From NCBI GenBank assembly GCA_029548865.1, contig JAKPMO010000026.1, positions 1-64,000 on the forward strand: 64,000 nucleotides of DNA, given 5' to 3'. Below, one piece after another: positions 28,169-37,948 of this stretch (position 1 is the stretch's first letter; the number at the start of each line of letters is the position of its first letter). The notes under the pieces are model-generated. The model had not been told where the DNA came from. It did no database searches and saw nothing but the letters and a program-made list of their open reading frames with translations. The stretch comes from Caldisericota bacterium (GTDB lineage: Bacteria; Caldisericota; Caldisericia; JAAYUI01). The position numbers and the translations under genes were made by a program.

Positions 28169-30235
28169 GTGGAAAAAAGCTTCAAAGTTGTTTCAGATTT
28201 CAGCCCTGCCGGAGACCAGCCGCAAGCTATAGAGAAACTTGTAGATGGAATCTGGAGAGGCATGCACTTCCAGACCCTGCTCGGTGTCACTGGTTCTGGA
28301 AAGACATATACCATGGCCAAGGTCATAGAGAAGATCAATAGACCAACACTTGTGATTGCACACAATAAAACACTGGCGGCACAACTTTATTCTGAGTTTT
28401 CGGAGTTTTTCCCGGAAAATGCGGTTGAGTATTTTGTTTCATACTACGATTACTATCAACCGGAAGCGTATGTTCCGAGCTCTGATCTTTACATAGCAAA
28501 AGAGACCGACATCAACGAAGACATCCAGCGCCTCCGCCATTCAACAGTCCGTTCGCTCCTGGAGCGGAGGGACGTAATTGTGGTCGCCTCTGTTTCCTGT
28601 ATTTACGGTTGGGAATCGCCAGAAGGCTACCAGGAACAGGTCGTAGCAGTAAAAAAGGGAGACACGATGCTGAGGGACGAGTTTGTCAGAGGGCTTGTCG
28701 CCATGCAGTACTCAAGAAACAACATCGCTTTTGAAGCCGGGAACGTCAGGGTGATCGGCTCGACAGTTGATGTATGGCCACCTGAACAGGAAGATGCTGT
28801 CAGAGTTGAGTTTGAGTTTGATGAGATAGTGAAAATATCGAAGCTTGATCCTATTCTTTCCTCTGTTGGCGAGGAAATGGAGGGTTTTTTGTTCTTCCCG
28901 GCAAAACAGTTTGTTACCACGCAAGCCAGACTCGACTATGCAATTCCCATGATCATGAACGAGCTTGATGAGAGAATCAAATACTTCAAGGAGAGTGATA
29001 AACCGCTTGAGGCGGAAAGGATTGAGGAAAGAACAAAATATGACCTTGAGATGCTCAAGGAAATCGGTTACTGCAACGGCATTGAAAATTACAGCATGCA
29101 CCTCTCCGGAAGACAGCCTGGAGAGAGACCTTATACCCTGATGAACTTCTTTCAGGATGATTTTCTGATGATTATAGACGAGTCCCACATAACGCTTCCA
29201 CAGATCAGAGGAATGTATGCTGGGGACAGAGCCAGGAAGAAGGTTCTGGTCGACTATGGTTTCAGGCTCCCATCTGCTATGGAGAACAGACCGCTCAACT
29301 GGGATGAGTTCCAGGACTTCATGCACCAGGCGGTTTTTGTTTCTGCAACACCGAGTGATTTCGAGATTTCCAGTTCAGAGCAGGTTGTTGAACAGCTCAT
29401 TAGGCCGACTGGTCTTCTTGATCCTGAAATAGAGGTAAAACCAATAAAAGGGCAGATAGACGACCTCAAAAAGGAGATAGAGACAAGAGTTGCCAAAAAC
29501 GAAAGGGTGCTTGTGACGGTTCTGACTAAGAAAATGGCCGAGAATTTGTCTGACCATCTCCTTTCGCAAGGGTTCAAGGTTTGCTACCTCCACTCTGATA
29601 TTGGTACAATTGAGAGAGTTGAGATATTAAAGAAACTCAGGGAAGGGACTTTTGATGTTGTGGTTGGCGTCAATTTGCTCAGAGAAGGGCTTGATCTCCC
29701 TGAAGTGTCACTCATTGCCATACTTGATGCCGACAAGGAAGGATTCCTCAGGTCATCAACTTCTTTGATACAAACTGTTGGAAGGGCCGCCAGGAATGTT
29801 TCTGGAAAGGTCATCATGTACGCTGATGAAGTGACGAACTCCATGAAGACGGCAATCGAGGAGACAAACAGGAGAAGGGCCATTCAAAACGAATTCAACA
29901 TAGAACATAATATCAAACCTGAGACAATAAAGAAGGCGATTAGAGAACTGCTAAACATTGGAACGGCCCAGCAGGAATCGAAGCTCTCTGATGCTATGAC
30001 AGAGAAAGACATACAGGCAATGATTCTCCAGCTTACTGACGAGATGAATCTTGCCGCAGCAATGCTGGAGTTTGAAAAAGCCGCAAAAATCAGGGACCAG
30101 GTTGCCATTCTGAGGGGTGAACTGCTGGTCAAGGGAAAAGGGTTTGATGAATCCTCATCGCGAACAAAAACCGCAAAAAAACTCAAGCAAAAGCTCACCC
30201 AGGCCGAATTTAGGAAAAAAAACAGAGGAAGATAA
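28169..30235 (+). CDS. uvrB: Excinuclease ABC subunit B
   Basis: PAGDQP.AI, GVTGSGKT, YYDYYQPEAY, DESH, NLLREGLDLPEV, C-terminal UVR domain; GTG start at 28169. Confidence 0.97.
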   Translation: MEKSFKVVSDFSPAGDQPQAIEKLVDGIWRGMHFQTLLGVTGSGKTYTMAKVIEKINRPTLVIAHNKTLAAQLYSEFSEFFPENAVEYFVSYYDYYQPEAYVPSSDLYIAKETDINEDIQRLRHSTVRSLLERRDVIVVASVSCIYGWESPEGYQEQVVAVKKGDTMLRDEFVRGLVAMQYSRNNIAFEAGNVRVIGSTVDVWPPEQEDAVRVEFEFDEIVKISKLDPILSSVGEEMEGFLFFPAKQFVTTQARLDYAIPMIMNELDERIKYFKESDKPLEAERIEERTKYDLEMLKEIGYCNGIENYSMHLSGRQPGERPYTLMNFFQDDFLMIIDESHITLPQIRGMYAGDRARKKVLVDYGFRLPSAMENRPLNWDEFQDFMHQAVFVSATPSDFEISSSEQVVEQLIRPTGLLDPEIEVKPIKGQIDDLKKEIETRVAKNERVLVTVLTKKMAENLSDHLLSQGFKVCYLHSDIGTIERVEILKKLREGTFDVVVGVNLLREGLDLPEVSLIAILDADKEGFLRSSTSLIQTVGRAARNVSGKVIMYADEVTNSMKTAIEETNRRRAIQNEFNIEHNIKPETIKKAIRELLNIGTAQQESKLSDAMTEKDIQAMILQLTDEMNLAAAMLEFEKAAKIRDQVAILRGELLVKGKGFDESSSRTKTAKKLKQKLTQAEFRKKNRGR

Positions 30236-30488
30236 AAAGACCAGTTGTTTTTTTCACGAATTACTTTTGTGTTTCAAGTTAAGCCAAGACGTGATTTTGC
30301 ACCTTCCAATTTTGCCAATTTTCACGTTTTAGACTAATTTTAATCTCAATATTCAAAACAGGGGTAATTCCTATCTTGCAGGGCAAACCTTTGTTGCTAT
30401 TGTAATTTTTATGTGAAATGGTGCTCTAATCTGTTGCTTGTTGGAGTCACTCGACAAGGCTTCAGAAAAGCATCCAGGAGGTAAAGCT

Positions 30489-31325
30489 ATGCACATTGTT
30501 GTGCTTATTAAACAGGTGCCGGACACTCAAGAGGTCAAGATAGACCCGGAAAAGAACACAATTGTCCGTGCAGGCGTTGAATCAATTGTCAATCCGTTTG
30601 ACATGAATGCTACAGAGCTGGCACTTCAGCTCCGCGAGCAGTATGGTGGAAAAGTCACAGTAATTACGATGGGACCGCCACAGGCTGCCATGGCACTCAA
30701 GGAAACATTCTCAATGGGCGTTGACAAAGTCATTCTTCTCCAGGATAGAGGATTTGCAGCTTCAGATACCCTTGCCACTTCTTACGTTCTTGCACAAGGA
30801 ATAAAGAGACTTGAAGCCGATGGCGAAAAGGTCGATCTGGTAATCTGTGGCAAGCAGGCTGTCGATGGTGATACTGCCCAGACGGGCCCAGGTGTTGCTT
30901 GCAGGCTCAGTTTTGACCAAATAACCTATGTGACCCAGGTTGACAAGATAGATCTGGATACAAGAACAATTGTCGCAAGACGCAGGCTTGCAAAGGGTGT
31001 GCAGGTTGTCCAGGCCCAGTTGCCAGCACTCCTGACTGTCGAGAAAGACATCAACGAACCAAGGTACGCTACTCTCAGGGGAATTATTGCTGCTGAGAGG
31101 GTAAAAGTTGTTGAATGGTGTGCCGCAGATATTAAGGCCGATGCTGAACAAATTGGTTTCAAGGGAAGCCCGACCTGGGTAAAACGCATCTTTACACCAC
31201 CGCCAAGAGAAGGTGGACCAAAGTTTGATGGTCCCGATGCCGTCAAGAAGGCATTGGAGGTTGTTCTCGACAACCAGCATTTCAAAGAGGCAGTGTTTGG
31301 TGAAGAAGGGGTGTGCAAGAGATGA
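30489..31325 (+). CDS. etfB: Electron transfer flavoprotein beta subunit (FixA)
   Basis: IKQVPD, NPFD, MGPP.A, SDTLAT, GKQAVDGDTAQ, GSPT.V. Confidence 0.95.
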   Translation: MHIVVLIKQVPDTQEVKIDPEKNTIVRAGVESIVNPFDMNATELALQLREQYGGKVTVITMGPPQAAMALKETFSMGVDKVILLQDRGFAASDTLATSYVLAQGIKRLEADGEKVDLVICGKQAVDGDTAQTGPGVACRLSFDQITYVTQVDKIDLDTRTIVARRRLAKGVQVVQAQLPALLTVEKDINEPRYATLRGIIAAERVKVVEWCAADIKADAEQIGFKGSPTWVKRIFTPPPREGGPKFDGPDAVKKALEVVLDNQHFKEAVFGEEGVCKR

Positions 31326-32335
31326 GTGACCAGGAATGGAAAGGCGTACTCGTATTTATTGAAGTAACAGATGGCAAGGTTCAGGAAGTTGGCTGGGAAT
31401 TGCTTGGCGAGGCAAAGAAACTCGCCTCCAAGATAAACCAGAACGTCCAGGCCCTCATTATTGGCCACGATGTCGAAAAATTTGCAAAAGACGCCATTGC
31501 TTATGGTGCTGACGTTGTTTATGTCGTTGATGATCCTGGCTACAAAAATTATATAACAAAGACATACGCAAAGGCATTTGTTGAAATTGTAAACAAGCAC
31601 AAGCCGGACATCGCCCTCATTGGGGCTACGAACCTCGGCCGTGACCTCTCTGGTGCCATTGCAACAGTTCTCAAGGCTGGCCTTACCGCAGACTGCACTG
31701 GCCTGGACATTGATGACCAGTCAAAAAAGCTCTTATCCACAAGGCCAACATTTGGTGGAAACATCATGGCCACTATCTTCTGCCAGAAGGGCAAGCCGCA
31801 GATGTCAACGGTTCGCCCGAAGGTCATGAAGATGCCAGAACCAGACCCAAAGAGACAGGGACATGTAATAAAGGAATCTGTGCCGGTAGATCCAAAAGAC
31901 CTCACCGTCAAGATACTTGAATATATTCCAGACTCTTGCCTGGAAAGCGTTGAAATCGAGCATGCAAAAATACTCGTGGCTGGTGGAAGAGGATGCAACA
32001 CACCGGCTGGCCTCGATAAGCTCAAAGAGCTTGCAAAGCTGATCGGTGGAGAACTTTGTGGTTCAAGACCGCTTGTCGAAGCAGGCGCAATAACTCCTGA
32101 CCGCCAAGTCGGGCAGACTGGAAAAACCGTTGTTCCAAGGGTATACATTGCTGTTGGAATCTCCGGAGCAATCCAGCACCTTGTTGGAATGCAGAACTCT
32201 GATTGCATCATTGCGATCAACTCCGACCCGAACGCTCCGATATTCAAGGTCGCGACCGTCTCGATTGTAGGCTCATGGCAAGCCATTGTCCCTGCCGTGA
32301 TTGAAGAGCTCAAGAAGAGAATGGGGAGGCAATAA
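31322..32335 (+). CDS. etfA: Electron transfer flavoprotein alpha subunit (FixB)
   Basis: GLTADCT, RPTFGGN, QVGQTGK, GISGAIQH. Confidence 0.95.
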   Translation: MSDQEWKGVLVFIEVTDGKVQEVGWELLGEAKKLASKINQNVQALIIGHDVEKFAKDAIAYGADVVYVVDDPGYKNYITKTYAKAFVEIVNKHKPDIALIGATNLGRDLSGAIATVLKAGLTADCTGLDIDDQSKKLLSTRPTFGGNIMATIFCQKGKPQMSTVRPKVMKMPEPDPKRQGHVIKESVPVDPKDLTVKILEYIPDSCLESVEIEHAKILVAGGRGCNTPAGLDKLKELAKLIGGELCGSRPLVEAGAITPDRQVGQTGKTVVPRVYIAVGISGAIQHLVGMQNSDCIIAINSDPNAPIFKVATVSIVGSWQAIVPAVIEELKKRMGRQ

Positions 32336-33636
32336 TGGAAGAAACCTTTGATCTGGTAATCGTTGGAGGCGGGCCGGCAGGCATGAGCGCCGCAATCGTT
32401 GCGGCAAGGGCCGGAATCAAGACGATCGTTATCGAGAGGGGAGAATTCCCTGGCTCGAAGAATGTCTATGGCGGTGTCGTCTATGTCCACGAAATCGAAA
32501 AGATCCTCCCCGATTTCTGGAAAGACAAAACTGCGCCAATAGAGAGAGTCATCACCGACTCAAGGATCGTTTTTGCCAATGACCATGGTGCAATGCAAGT
32601 GGGTTACAAGACAGACCGTTTCAGTGACCCGCCAAACGTCATCACGACCCACAGGGCAAAATGGGACCGCTGGTATGCCAACAAGGCAAAAGAGGCCGGC
32701 GTTCTGATTGTAAATAACACTGTTGTCGAAGAAGTTCTCAGGGATTTAACTGGAAGAGTGACCGGTGTCCGCACCGGCAGGCCAGATGGCGACCTTTATT
32801 GCAAGCTGGTCATCTTTGCCGATGGCGCTCAGTCACCGCTCCTTGTCAGGGCAGGCATCCGCAAGGAAGTAAAAGCCGAGCACGTCGCGCTCTCCGTCAA
32901 GGAAACCATCCAGCTCTCGGAAGAGGAAGTCACAAAGCGCTTTGGAGCAAAGCCTGGCGAAGGCGTGACCTTTGAAATCCTCGGCTCGCTTGCCGACAAG
33001 ATGGACGGCGTGGCGATCATGTACACCAACAAGGACACAGTCTCCCTTGGAATCGGCGCCAACCTCGAACAGTGGAAGAAATCCAAAGTCACCCCGTACG
33101 AGATGATCGACAAGCTCAAAGAGCACCCGATGATAAAGCCGCTTGTTGATGGCGGGCAGACAAAGGAATATGTCGCCCACTGGCTCCCGGAGGGTGGATA
33201 CGACACAATACCAAAACTCTATGGCAACGGCTATCTGCTCTGTGGCGACACGGCAATGCTCTTCAATGCCCTGCACCGCGAAGGGACCAACCTGGCGCAG
33301 GAAACAGGAAGGCTGGCCGGAGAGATGGCAGTAAAGGCCATCAAGGAAGGCGACACCTCGGAGAGCATGCTTTCGGAATACGACGCAAACGTCAAAAATT
33401 CCTTTGTCCTCAAGGACATGCGCAAATACAGAAAATTCCCGCACCTCCTGTTCAACAACCCAATGATATTCCAGACCCTGCCAGACGTGGTTGGCGACAT
33501 GATCGAAGAGATGCTCCTTGTCGATGGCAAGTCCAAAAAGGAAAAACAGAAAATCATAGTCAGGAACATAAGGAAAAAAGTCGGTCTCTACAGGCTCATG
33601 GGCCTGGCGTTGAGAGCATGGAGGTCTGTGAAATGA
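32335..33636 (+). CDS. fixC: FixC FAD-dependent (ETF:quinone) oxidoreductase
   Basis: GGGPAG, ERG..PGSKN..GG, AH..PEGG, EGTNLA; follows etfBA. Confidence 0.9.
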   Translation: MEETFDLVIVGGGPAGMSAAIVAARAGIKTIVIERGEFPGSKNVYGGVVYVHEIEKILPDFWKDKTAPIERVITDSRIVFANDHGAMQVGYKTDRFSDPPNVITTHRAKWDRWYANKAKEAGVLIVNNTVVEEVLRDLTGRVTGVRTGRPDGDLYCKLVIFADGAQSPLLVRAGIRKEVKAEHVALSVKETIQLSEEEVTKRFGAKPGEGVTFEILGSLADKMDGVAIMYTNKDTVSLGIGANLEQWKKSKVTPYEMIDKLKEHPMIKPLVDGGQTKEYVAHWLPEGGYDTIPKLYGNGYLLCGDTAMLFNALHREGTNLAQETGRLAGEMAVKAIKEGDTSESMLSEYDANVKNSFVLKDMRKYRKFPHLLFNNPMIFQTLPDVVGDMIEEMLLVDGKSKKEKQKIIVRNIRKKVGLYRLMGLALRAWRSVK

Positions 33637-33908
33637 GTAAAATAGAAGACAAACTCTACACAACAAGGTATCGCGTCGACCACAACACCCACCTGAAGAT
33701 CGCCGACATGGAAGTTTGCAGGAAATGCGAAGGCAAGCCCTGCACAATCTTCTGCCCGGCAAAGGTCTACATCTGGGACGAAGACCACATCAGGGTGGTC
33801 TATGAAGGTTGCCTCGAGTGCGGCTCCTGCAGGATAGGGTGCCCGTATTTCAACATCACCTGGAACTTCCCCAGGGGCGGCTACGGCGTCCAGCACAAGT
33901 TTGGATGA
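33633..33908 (+). CDS. fixX: FixX ferredoxin-like protein
   Basis: C..C...PC...CPA, CLECGSC...C, W.FPRGG.GV. Confidence 0.92.
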   Translation: MSKIEDKLYTTRYRVDHNTHLKIADMEVCRKCEGKPCTIFCPAKVYIWDEDHIRVVYEGCLECGSCRIGCPYFNITWNFPRGGYGVQHKFG

Positions 33909-33909
33909 T

Positions 33910-33980
33910 TTGTTGCCCTTTTAAGGGCGACAAGTTTTGTTGTTAACCAAAAGCCAGGGTTTTATTGCCCTGGCTTTTGG
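33910..33980. terminator. Two tandem hairpins (terminators) after fixX
   Basis: TTGTTGCCCTT/AAGGGCGACAA and CCAAAAGCCAGGGT/GCCCTGGCTTTTGG. Confidence 0.75.
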
Positions 33981-34081
33981 ATTTTTATTGGGTTTGTGAA
34001 AGTTTGCGGAATATTTTTGAATAATTTAACCCCTCCGATTTTTGCTTGACAGTATTCATATAATTTAATCCTGGAGGGAAG

Positions 34082-35440
34082 ATGCCAAGAGAAGATCAAA
34101 TAATTACAGCCAAAAGCGATAAGCCTATAGCAAAATGTGATGAAGATATATTTGGTTGGAAAGATCATGCCAGAATGTTGGCAAAACTGATTACAGATAA
34201 GAGCAATGATGACGTTGCTTTGGGAATTTCTGCTCCTTGGGGCTCAGGGAAAACTTCAATGTTGAACCTTATAAAAGAACAAATAAAAGAATTAAAAATT
34301 GATCCAAAACCAATCATTGTTGAATTTGATCCATGGTTCTATGGTTCTGAAGATAAGGTAATCCATAGCTTTTTTGAAACCTTAGCTAAAGCTATTTTTA
34401 AGGAAAATCATCCAACCAGAGAGGCAATATCAAAAGCAATTGGGTATCTTTCAAAGATATTAACAAAAACACCAGATTTACCCTCAACTTTCACTCCCAA
34501 CCCTTTGGTTACTGAAGCAATAAATTTTGCAAAACAATTTCTTGGAACCTTAACTGATGACTTAAAAGACTGGATTGGACATGGCTCTTTGAATTCATTT
34601 CGTGACGTGAAGAAGCTGCTTATTTTATTGCTAACAGAAGCGCAAAGAAAAAATGAATTGCCTCAAATAATAATTATGATTGATGACTTGGACAGACTCC
34701 AGGCAGACGAAGCGTTGACGATGCTAAAAATAATAAGGTTAGTAACAGATTTGCCATGCATTAGATCAATAGTTGCATTTGATGAGAAAGCAACTGGGCA
34801 ATTAATATCTAATAAGTTTAATATTGATGGTATAAATTATATTAGAAAAATGATTAATGTACCTACTTATTTGCCCCATATTAGTAAAAACGATTTGAAA
34901 CAATATTTCGCAAAGGAAATGGAAGATATTTTAAATGCTAATGGTTATGTATATAAAAACATATCTTTTTCTCAAATTGTAGACAAAATAGGTGAAATTG
35001 TTGAAACGCTTAGATGTATAAAGATTATACTAAATACTTATAAAATTGGTATTTCTGCAGTTGGTGATTATGTGAATCCAATAGATTACTTAGTTCTATG
35101 TGTCTTTTTCAATTTAACTCCCACATTATTTAATGTATTAAAGAAAAATGGTGTACTCACATCATTAAGAATATCAGATAATAATAAAACTGGTGATGAA
35201 AGAATAATGTATGTAAAACTTAATGATAATGTAAAAGAATTAATGAATAATTATGAAATTAATGATAATGTTTTAGCAAAAACAATTGACGACTTACTAA
35301 GTGTGGTATTCAAAGGGTTAGTAAATGGGCAAACAACACAGAATTACTTTAATAGATTTGATAGTAAAAATATCTGTTGGGTAGACAATCATAAATACTA
35401 TTTTTCACTCCTTCAAAATTTAGAAAGTGCAGACTCATAA
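34082..35440 (+). CDS. KAP-family P-loop NTPase, very AT-rich
   Basis: D.PI....ED.FG, GISAPWGSGKTS Walker A, F.PW.Y, IDDLDRL Walker B, YIRKMI.VP..LP. Confidence 0.9.
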   Translation: MPREDQIITAKSDKPIAKCDEDIFGWKDHARMLAKLITDKSNDDVALGISAPWGSGKTSMLNLIKEQIKELKIDPKPIIVEFDPWFYGSEDKVIHSFFETLAKAIFKENHPTREAISKAIGYLSKILTKTPDLPSTFTPNPLVTEAINFAKQFLGTLTDDLKDWIGHGSLNSFRDVKKLLILLLTEAQRKNELPQIIIMIDDLDRLQADEALTMLKIIRLVTDLPCIRSIVAFDEKATGQLISNKFNIDGINYIRKMINVPTYLPHISKNDLKQYFAKEMEDILNANGYVYKNISFSQIVDKIGEIVETLRCIKIILNTYKIGISAVGDYVNPIDYLVLCVFFNLTPTLFNVLKKNGVLTSLRISDNNKTGDERIMYVKLNDNVKELMNNYEINDNVLAKTIDDLLSVVFKGLVNGQTTQNYFNRFDSKNICWVDNHKYYFSLLQNLESADS

Positions 35441-35482
35441 GCTTAAATTTATCTTAGACATATTTGTTGTTTCAATCTATCC

Positions 35483-36028
35483 TTACGGCACATAATACAT
35501 CACAAGCGAAGTAAAGAACGCCACAAGGGAGAGGACAATCGTCACCAGCGCGGCCTTGTAGCAGAACCCTTTCAGGTCTGCGGCCCTTTCACTTGCGTGG
35601 ATTGCCTTGAATATACACTTTTTTGTTATCTCCAGATCGTGTGTTACCAACTCGGCGAGGGTGTACTTTGGGTGGCCTTTTAGATAGTCGGACAGTTTCT
35701 CCATCCATGCCAGATCGGGCAGTTCAACAAATTTTCTTGGCCAAAGGCCATTTATCAACAGGGCAAGGGTGGCTATAAAGCAGAGCGCGAAAACGATGAA
35801 AACTATCGTGTAGTCGGCGGCCTGGGTGAAGATGAAAGTCAGGTAGTCCTTGTTTACAACGCCGATCAGGATGCCCATTGTGGTGGCGTAAAAAATGAAG
35901 ATCTGGTTTAGCTTTGAGTCCAAGTCGAGGATGGTTTTGTCTGTTGTGTCCACGAGCCTCAGGATTATGTCAAAAAGCATCTTTTCGGATTCGATTGCTT
36001 CTTCAGCTAGCTTCTTTTCGTCCGGCAT
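35483..36028 (-). CDS. Three-TM membrane protein, Pycsar-effector (PycTM/DUF5706)-like
   Basis: LDSK followed by TM1, TM2 ending LWPR, helical loop, then K....AA..TM3. Resemblance is pattern-level only. Confidence 0.5.
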   Translation of the reverse strand: MPDEKKLAEEAIESEKMLFDIILRLVDTTDKTILDLDSKLNQIFIFYATTMGILIGVVNKDYLTFIFTQAADYTIVFIVFALCFIATLALLINGLWPRKFVELPDLAWMEKLSDYLKGHPKYTLAELVTHDLEITKKCIFKAIHASERAADLKGFCYKAALVTIVLSLVAFFTSLVMYYVP

Positions 36029-36145
36029 GGCCCCCGCCTTTTGCCCGTGCTTTTTGCCAGGCAATGTCTTTGCTAGCAAATAATATTGTTTGTTTTTTTA
36101 ATAGTCAATATTTGCGGATGTTTTGACGGGTGTCTTTTAAAAGAC

Positions 36146-36221
36146 TGGAGCCGGCGAACCGATTCGAACGGTCGACCTGCTGATTACAAGTCAGCTGCTC
36201 TACCAACTGAGCTACGCCGGC
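36146..36221 (-). tRNA. tRNA-Thr(UGU)
   Basis: GCCGGCGTAGCTCAGTTGGTAGAGCAGCTGACT-TGT-AATCAGCAGGTCGACCGTTCGAATCGGTTCGCCGGCTCCA; 76-nt cloverleaf with encoded CCA. Confidence 0.97.
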
Positions 36222-36482
36222 GTCGACTTGATATCCTATTATTGCCAGTGCCTCAAGTCAAGAAAAAACATTGCCTGTTTGGACAGACCAACGTATACAA
36301 AGCGCCACCGTCTTCCAAGTATGGGTTGCTTTGAATGCAGGCCTCCTGAAAGATTGACAAAAAACACCTCTGGGTATGGAATGCTGGCCTTGAGGAGCCG
36401 GAATGACTTGTAAATCATTTATTGCTAATATCTTTACCAACCCTGTTGACCGGAGGTTTTTGGGGGAATATCATGCCTGCCC

Positions 36483-37082
36483 ATGGAGCAAAAAAAGGTG
36501 GTTATAAGCCCGGACACAAAGAGGGACAAAAGAATTCCCCCAGGGCAAAGCGAGACTACTTCGTTCCCAATCCTACATTATGGCCAGATGCCGACAGTTG
36601 ATATTGAAAAATGGAGATTTTCAATTTTTGGGCTTGTAGACGAGGAGAAATCATTTTCTTATGAGGAATTTTCTGGGCTACCAATGACCGAAGTCAGGTG
36701 CGACATCCACTGCGTCACCGGCTGGTCAAGGCTGGACAACGTTTTCGAGGGTGTGTCTGCGCTTGTGATCCGTGACCTCGTGAAGATAAGGCCAGAAGCT
36801 AAATTTGTTATGGTTCATGGCCACAATGATTTTACAACAAACATTCCGCTCCATGATTTTTTCCAGGATGATGTGGTTTTTGCGCTGAGATTCAACGGCG
36901 AACCAATTTCACCGGAACACGGTTTTCCTGTCCGCCTGGTTGTCCCTAGGCTTTATTTTTGGAAGTCGGCCAAATGGGTCACCGGTCTGGAGTTTATTCC
37001 GCGGAACAAGCTGGGTTTCTGGGAATCCTACGGCTACCACGAACACGGCGACCCCTGGAAAGAGGAGCGCTACGGGTACTGA
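36483..37082 (+). CDS. Sulfite oxidase-like molybdopterin-dependent oxidoreductase (YuiH-like)
   Basis: R.PPGQ, DIHCVT.WS, EHG.P.RLVVP.LYFWKSAKW, GFWE..GYH..GDPW.EER. Confidence 0.9.
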   Translation: MEQKKVVISPDTKRDKRIPPGQSETTSFPILHYGQMPTVDIEKWRFSIFGLVDEEKSFSYEEFSGLPMTEVRCDIHCVTGWSRLDNVFEGVSALVIRDLVKIRPEAKFVMVHGHNDFTTNIPLHDFFQDDVVFALRFNGEPISPEHGFPVRLVVPRLYFWKSAKWVTGLEFIPRNKLGFWESYGYHEHGDPWKEERYGY

Positions 37083-37091
37083 ACCTGAAAA

Positions 37092-37742
37092 CTAGTTCCC
37101 GTGGTCGTGGTTGCAGCTGCCCTCGAAATTTACATTTGAGCCTTTTTTGAAATTTTCTACTACCTGTTCAAGATCCTCTCCTTGTGCCAGGAGGACGGCT
37201 ATTCCAAGCTGGTCAAGAACAGATTTTGGTCTTTGTCCTATCCCCTTGACCAATACCGCTTTTACGCCGAGTTTTTCAAGAAAAAAAGCTATATCTCCGC
37301 AACCACCATGTTCAAACGAGTGGAACTCCTTTTTCTCGCCATCGAGATCAAGCACCGCAAAAAACGGTGATTTGCCAAAATGCCCTGATACGGTTGGATT
37401 TGACGTGTCCTGTTCAACTGGTACTGCAATAATTTTTGCCATTTTTTCTGTCTCCTGCATCTTTCTTATGTTATGATGTCCTTCGATCAGTGTAATTGCC
37501 TTTTGGTTGGTAAGGGCGTCTGCAACTTTTTTGCATGCGCTGGTGAGTATCCTTGCGTAAGTGGTCCTCGACACACCCATCATCCCGCACGCCTTTATCT
37601 GAAGAAAATTGTCGCCAGAAAGCTTGAGAGCTTCCACCTCATCGGCAGTCACAACGATATCACCATTTGGGTTTGAATCTGGAAGAAAGCGTGTTCTGAT
37701 AAAACTTCTATCAACAAACCGGCAATTCTTTGGCCTGGACAT
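37092..37742 (-). CDS. DUF134 HTH regulator fused to a NifB/NifX-like Fe-Mo cofactor-binding domain
   Basis: MSRPK.CR, E.EAL.L, M.VSR.T..R.L..A..KVADAL; second half HFG..P.F and GIG. Confidence 0.85.
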   Translation of the reverse strand: MSRPKNCRFVDRSFIRTRFLPDSNPNGDIVVTADEVEALKLSGDNFLQIKACGMMGVSRTTYARILTSACKKVADALTNQKAITLIEGHHNIRKMQETEKMAKIIAVPVEQDTSNPTVSGHFGKSPFFAVLDLDGEKKEFHSFEHGGCGDIAFFLEKLGVKAVLVKGIGQRPKSVLDQLGIAVLLAQGEDLEQVVENFKKGSNVNFEGSCNHDHGN

Positions 37743-37747
37743 ATTTA

Positions 37748-37771
37748 CATTATGAACATATGCACATAATG
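37748..37771. promoter_or_regulatory. Palindromic operator just upstream of the DUF134 gene
   Basis: CATTATG-AA-CATATG-CA-CATAATG, 20 of 24 positions symmetric. Confidence 0.65.
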
Positions 37772-37948
37772 CTCAAGTGTCTACTGGTTATTTTTTGATT
37801 GTTGTATCGATTTCCAGTCCCATACAACAGAAAGGATTTCAATTTCACCTGTATTTCTTTGGTTTCTTAAGAGTTTTAATGTGGCCTCCCAAATGAAGTT
37901 CTTGCAAACATGTCTAATGTCTTGTTGGATATGAGGAAAGGATTTGAA

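Noticed and set aside
30381..30400. GGGCAAACC upstream of etfB, and on the minus strand near 60735, as a c-di-GMP-I riboswitch
   Set aside because: The rest of the GEMM pattern (GAAA tetraloop stem, GCAAAGC, second stem) is missing.
36260..36482. Moco riboswitch upstream of the molybdopterin oxidoreductase, or an att duplicate of tRNA-Thr (TGACTTGTAAATCA near 36404)
   Set aside because: No convincing Moco consensus; the tRNA-like 14-mer is short, inverted relative to the gene and on the wrong side.
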